A stretch of DNA of 54,501 bases, filler included, from Squatina squatina (taxonomy: Eukaryota): assembly GCA_031763465.1 (NCBI GenBank). It is 3 parts of 3 records of this genome, joined end to end, with 100 filler letters (N's around TTAATTAATTAA, not from the genome) between each part and the next. Parts side by side here need not be neighbours in the genome. Positions count along the whole stretch, not along the records: positions 29,139 to 54,501 come from JARFOE010000100.1; 2 more parts are not named here. The stretch is one strand, 5' to 3'. A program made the position numbers and the translations under genes. How positions within the stretch are numbered: position 1 is the first letter of the stretch; every line of letters begins with the position of its first letter. Below are positions 49,375 through 54,501 of the stretch, piece after piece. The notes below the pieces were generated by a model, which did not search any database, was not told where the DNA came from, and saw only the letters and a list, made by a program, of their open reading frames with translations.

Positions 49375-50194
49375 CACACAAAGCATGACCGCTTTGGCAC
49401 GGTATTGGAAAGCATCATGCAGCTTAGGGAGTGGAGGGTAGAACAAGTGAAGAAAAAAGGTTTTGACTGAAGCATGGGATCAGGTTGTCTCAGTTTTGAA
49501 AGTGGAAATGGGGATTTTATTTTCTCTACAACTGTGACTAAGGTTATCAGAAATTGATCTAAATGCGGTGGGGGTGGGTTTGTGAAGACAGGGTAGGTAG
49601 GGTAGTGCTTTTCCTTGCAGTAACCTCTGATTAAGCAATTGTAAAAAATCCAGATTATTATATAAAATATAAAACACCAAAATAAACTCTTATCAATAAT
49701 AAACATTCAATAAAATGTTCATCTATAAATACTTGCATTAGGATAGCATAAAGAATTCTTTAAAATATTAGTTGTCAACCACCTAGACTTGTAGGCAATT
49801 ATTCAAGTAACTTTATGTTTAACCGTGATTGTTGGAAAAAATGTAACTCACTGGCGGGTGAAGCAAAAGGGAAACAAATCACCAGGCTTAAGACAATCAA
49901 GCACTCTGTTCTCGTAGAGATATGTGGCTCTCTCAGAGGATTAGTGAAATGGGATTGCAGTTAAACAAATAGCCAGGTACTTCCAGCTGAGGGAAAGGCA
50001 GCCATCTGAACATCTGTAATCGTGAATGGCAGAATAGGCCTAAGGACCATTTATTGCTTATGATGCTCGCATTCCGTTTAAAATATTATGAAAATGACTT
50101 TCAGTAAAATAGATGATGTGCAGAGTAAAGTAGATTGAACAATTTCCTCCATAAACAAGTCTTGTTCATCTTAGATTGAAAAATGTATTGTGCT

Positions 50195-50312
50195 TTCAAA
50201 AGAAAAAAAATTACAGGGCTATGGGGAAAGAGCAGGGGAGTTGGACTAAATGGATAGCTCTTTCAAAGAGCTGGCACAGGCTTGATGGGCCAAATGGCTT
50301 CTATCATTCTAT
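50195..50312 (+). mobile_element. CR1 3' UTR fragment
   Basis: cagggctatggggaaagagcaggggagttggactaa...gatgggccaaatggcttct; same subfamily as 9205-9403. Confidence 0.8.
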
Positions 50313-52779
50313 TGCAGAGCTGAGAGCTAACAACCTAGAAAAAGGCTTTTTTGATAACACAATTTAATTTAAATAATTGAGAGAAAGTGTATCACTGACA
50401 GAATTTCTCTGCAATATTGATTTCTGAGATCAAAGAAAGACAAGTGAAAAGTATTTTCTATTTCACCTACCCACTATAAAATAGCAGCAAATTTCCAAGC
50501 AGCAGTCCATAGTTTGTTTCATCATTTTATTTTTATGGAATTCAGTATCAGATCACAACCAAGGTCTAAGAGATTTAATGAGGAATCGTTTGTTTAATAA
50601 ATAAAAAACAGAACTTAATATATTCATAAAGTTATTGAAATGTTTTCACATGTGTTTTGAAATAAATGTCCCAAATCTAATTAAAATATTGTTCTTTTCT
50701 ATTTTACGTTAACTAGAAGAGCAATCCTTCTTTATTGTAAANNNNNNNNNNNNNNNNNNNNNNNNNNNNNNNNNNNNNNNNNNNNNNNNNNNNNNNNNNN
50801 NNNNNNNNNNNNNNNNNNNNNNNNNNNNNNNNNNNNNNNNNTATTGTAAATTATGCTGAATTAATTTTTGAGGTATTTCAAGGTCTGCATTTTTTATTTA
50901 CAATATGAATCTCTTAGCTCTTGAAAGATTTGTTATGACAAAAACAGCCTATGATGTAGAAATATAATGAAAGGGTATACAAAATTTGCATTATTAGTGA
51001 AGGAGTGATTTCCACCAACTTTGCCAGTATCACTTGTCAGCTAGTAATGAAGAGACAGTACAAATGATTGTTGGCACTTTACGCTTAAAGCAGGAAATGC
51101 ACACATGTCCTCTGGGAAGGAATTGCAGCAAGAGGCTTTTCATCTGTGTAAAGAACACTTGAGATGCACTTGAGATGCAGCCTTTTAAAAAGGGTTGGGA
51201 ATGTCAACATGTACTCCTTGTGAAAATCTGCTACAGGGATTAGATTAAGAAGTGATGTCACAGAGTCTCATTTGTTTTTTTTAATGGGCATTGCTGTCCA
51301 ATGGGAATAGACTATAATAAAACCTACCCTTTCCTATTAGAGAAGCCAAGGTCTTCATTTAGAGCACTAGTCTGTGTCTTTTTAGTGATATTTAATATAA
51401 GCCAAGTAAATTAAACCACGCTATTCAGTCCTTTGACTCGATCTTGGAANNNNNNNNNNNNNNNNNNNNNNNNNNNNNNNNNNNNNNNNNNNNNNNNNNN
51501 NNNNNNNGGCACATGTGCACTATTAAATTTCAAAACAAATGTTTAATTTAAAATTATTTAATCGTCTTAATGAGACCTTCGAAATAAATACTGTATTAAG
51601 TAATTCTGAGATACACCAAATTGGATAAAGGAATATTTTTCCAATGTAGATTAATATTTTTTATTTCATTCTATGATATTTAGGATCCTGAAAGAGCTAT
51701 GATCATGTGTGTGCGTGGGCAAAGCATTAGTGAAGCTTGCATTATCATGTTACAGGACCTTGATTAACACCCTTTTTGATCCCATCTTAATATAATTATA
51801 ACAATTAGTGTGGTGTATAAATTCTTAGAATTGTACAACACAGGAACTGTTCAGTGGGCCTGTTAAGTGTGTATTAGTGATTTGCCAGTACTGATAAGGG
51901 GATGGGACAAAGAGTCCTGATAATCTCTTTTGTAGTGCAGCTGTGTATTCAGACACTGAATATTTGGAAGGCCTATGATTGTTGAAACCCCAAACAAGCC
52001 AGATTATCTTTGCTTGATTTGAAACAAATCAACCAGCAGCTGAGACCTGTCCTGTTTACTATCACATTAAGGATTTAAGAGATGCCAGTCAGAACATTGG
52101 TAAGAGCTGATAATTATTAGCCAGCAAACACTAAACATACCAATGATTTATGTGTTTATGATAAACAGCAATCAACAAAGATGGGTGCAATATCAACAGT
52201 GCAATTTATGGATTCAAACAAGAATATGTTTATGACTTGATTGCAGTTACATTTTTCATCAAATTAAAAGAGAAAACATTTCAATAACTTTATGAATACA
52301 TCAAGTTCTGTTTTATATTTATTAAACAAACAGGTTCCTCATTAAATCTCTTATAATTTTTATCCAACAATGCGCTGGAGACTGAATTGTTGCAGTTTCT
52401 TGTGGCACCGACAATACATTTCAACGGCTGCTCATTCAATGTGTGTCTGTCATGCCTGTGGCAAGTTTGAAAATGTCGGCTTGTTTTTATAAATCTAAAA
52501 ACCTCTTCAATAGATTGCAAGTAGTACAGACTGAATGAACTGGAATAACAGTAAGGTATGATCCTAGGAATTACAGACAATATACTGAGGATTATTACTA
52601 GAAGAATAAAGGGGGCGATTAGAAGAATTATGTCACACAAATTAAAGCATGGAATACACTGCCACAAGTGGCTATTTANNNNNNNNNNNNNNNNNNNNNN
52701 NNNNNNNNNNNNNNNNNNNNNNNNNNNNNNNNNNNNNNNNNNNNNNNNNNNNNNNNNNNNNNNNNNNNNNNNNNNNNNA

Positions 52780-53140
52780 ATTATTTTTTTCAGTTTTCTC
52801 TGTCCTCTTCTAAAGGCAGTGACTTCCTGGCCTACAGGATACAAGTCACTCTCTGTTAGACTATTCATCCTGGGAGTACTGCACCAAGCCCAATGCTATT
52901 CTCATCCAATATCCTCGCATGTGTACTTGCCTGCCAGGATCACTAGATAGTGATCAGGAATAGGAATTTTGTTTGATTTTTGCCCTCCTTAGCCCAGGGA
53001 TATTGAGGCTGATTGTAACAACTCTATTACCACCACACTTGAGATCAATTTATCTCAACCCACACTGAGAATGAAACCTACATCCTTCTGGTCTCTATGG
53101 TTGAGCACTACATCAGGTCTTTACCCACTAGACCACCAAG
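52780..53140 (-). mobile_element. Old tRNA-derived SINE family 2
   Basis: Minus-strand head with A-box tggtctagtgg and B-box-like ggtttcattct, then gggttgagataaattgatctc; body resembles 13270-13470 and 3630-4015. Confidence 0.55.
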
Positions 53141-53794
53141 AAAGCTTGCAATTACCTTTTTAAAGCTGCATAGTGAAAAAAATCAGCAAGTTTCACACAA
53201 CCATGAAAATGTTACTTGAATTTCCACGCTGTTAATAGCTCCTCTAGATTACACTTATGATGCTATACAGTAACCCATATTTATTACCTTTGCTTTACCT
53301 GACTGTACCCATAGGAATTTGCAATTTTCCCTGTTTATTGCCGTTGATTGCAGCAAAGATTTTATTGTACCTTTGACAAGGATCTTTTTAATTGCCTAAT
53401 TGTTTTACAATCGTTAGATTCAGAATACAGCATGAAAGCATCATACGACTATAGATTGCACATTCAGTCCTGCCGCTTCCTGCGATTTATCATCCAAGGA
53501 GGTTTCTTGTGAAAATGCAACTCCTCCGGCACACACAGTTAGTGCTGCAAACTGGTTACCACAAATCTCTTGACCGCATTCCCTGACCAAGTAGACAGAT
53601 AGATTGCCTGCTACCGAATGCCAGTGCTTCCAAGCTAATATTGTGGCCATACATTTCCTCATGTCACATGTTTTTTGTTGTATTTATTGTTTTTTTTTCT
53701 GTATATTTTCCTGTTAATAGCCAAATATAAACACACCAAAAAAAGGTCTTGAAACAATGAAGCTGTGACTTGACTTGATCTTCAGTGAAAAACT

Positions 53795-54501
53795 TGGCCC
53801 TCGATTCATTGCCGCTTCTGACGGCATTGCCAAAATATATGCGGGGCGAAATCCGATGAGGCCCAAAAATGGACGCAGGCATTGCAATGCACGATCTGCC
53901 CATGCTCGTTGAAAGTAGTGCAGACAGGACGTGAAATTCGTGCTGCTTGCTATTAACATGATTGAAGCGCTGAGCCCAGCACTGAACATGCTGCTGGTTG
54001 GTCAGTGCTCAACAGGGGGCCCAATATGGTGCAATGTAATCTGCATTGAAAGGCTATTTGCTGTTCTTAAAGGCGAGCTGCATTGTGAAAGAAGTTCCTT
54101 ATTCTGAATGGAACTAAGGGAAGGGGAAGTTACCAATGTCATAACAGGACAGAGAAGGGGCACCTCATTTTTCAGACACAGCATTTGAGGCCTTGGTGCA
54201 GGGATTTGATAGGAGGATACAGGTCCTCTACCGACAGTGGGCCAGGAGACCTTCCAGACAGACTGTACGATGGCAGTGGGTGCAGATTGCTGAAGTGGCC
54301 AGTCTTTCCCCCAGGACATGGATCCCAGTGCTGGAAGAAGTTTAATGACCTCACACAAAATGTCAAGGTGAGTGAATGCATCCTCAATTGCCATATCCTA
54401 CCAACTGCACCACTAGCCTCACACACTGCTCAATGCACCACACCCCATCGCTCACTATCAACAATCTCGAGCAATCATGACTCATACTTCACATTAATAG
54501 C
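53795..54501 (+). mobile_element. Decayed PIF/Harbinger transposon with Myb/SANT-like ORF exon (54136-54367)
   Basis: MS*QDREGAPHFSDTAFEALVQGFDRRIQVLYRQWARRPSRQTVRWQWVQIAEVASLSPRTWI/QCWKKFNDLTQNVK then donor gtgagt. Matches the trihelix pattern RAPRFS..LE.LV...W..IA...RT..QC.KKFNDL, with one stop and one frameshift. Confidence 0.8.

Noticed and set aside
1066-52950. Many ORFs containing X runs
   Set aside because: They are open only because N gaps contain no stop codons.
53441-53662. 73-aa minus-strand ORF
   Set aside because: No recognisable motif or splice context; length is within chance expectation.

Overview
Vertebrate, almost certainly cartilaginous-fish (shark-type) draft genomic DNA, judged from its repeat content: CR1 and L2 LINE fragments, Deu-domain SINEs, Penelope-associated repeats and Harbinger-type elements. 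Two artificial 100-bp spacers (44 N + TTAATTAATTAA + 44 N at 16379-16478 and 29039-29138) show the window is three unrelated scaffolds. Scaffold 1 (1-16378) is intronic DNA with one clear minus-strand 119-bp C2H2 zinc-finger exon of ZNF148 (12541-12659); the large terminal coding exon is not visible downstream. Scaffold 2 (16479-29038) is gap-free and full of decayed repeats. It holds what looks like a decayed NLR (death-fold + NACHT) gene split by a CR1 and a 46-bp minisatellite, a SINE-derived 33-bp minisatellite, and an old inverted duplication of a chimeric CR1 block. Scaffold 3 (29139-54501) has no recognisable host exon. It carries a minimal hammerhead-ribozyme motif, a ~3-kb 39-bp satellite with higher-order structure and an internal telomeric insertion, and a decayed Harbinger Myb/SANT exon. 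Nearly all listed ORFs are spurious or repeat-derived. I found no convincing wholly new system; the NLR relic, the ZNF148 exon context and the satellite/telomere insertion are the best leads. All alignments were done by eye.
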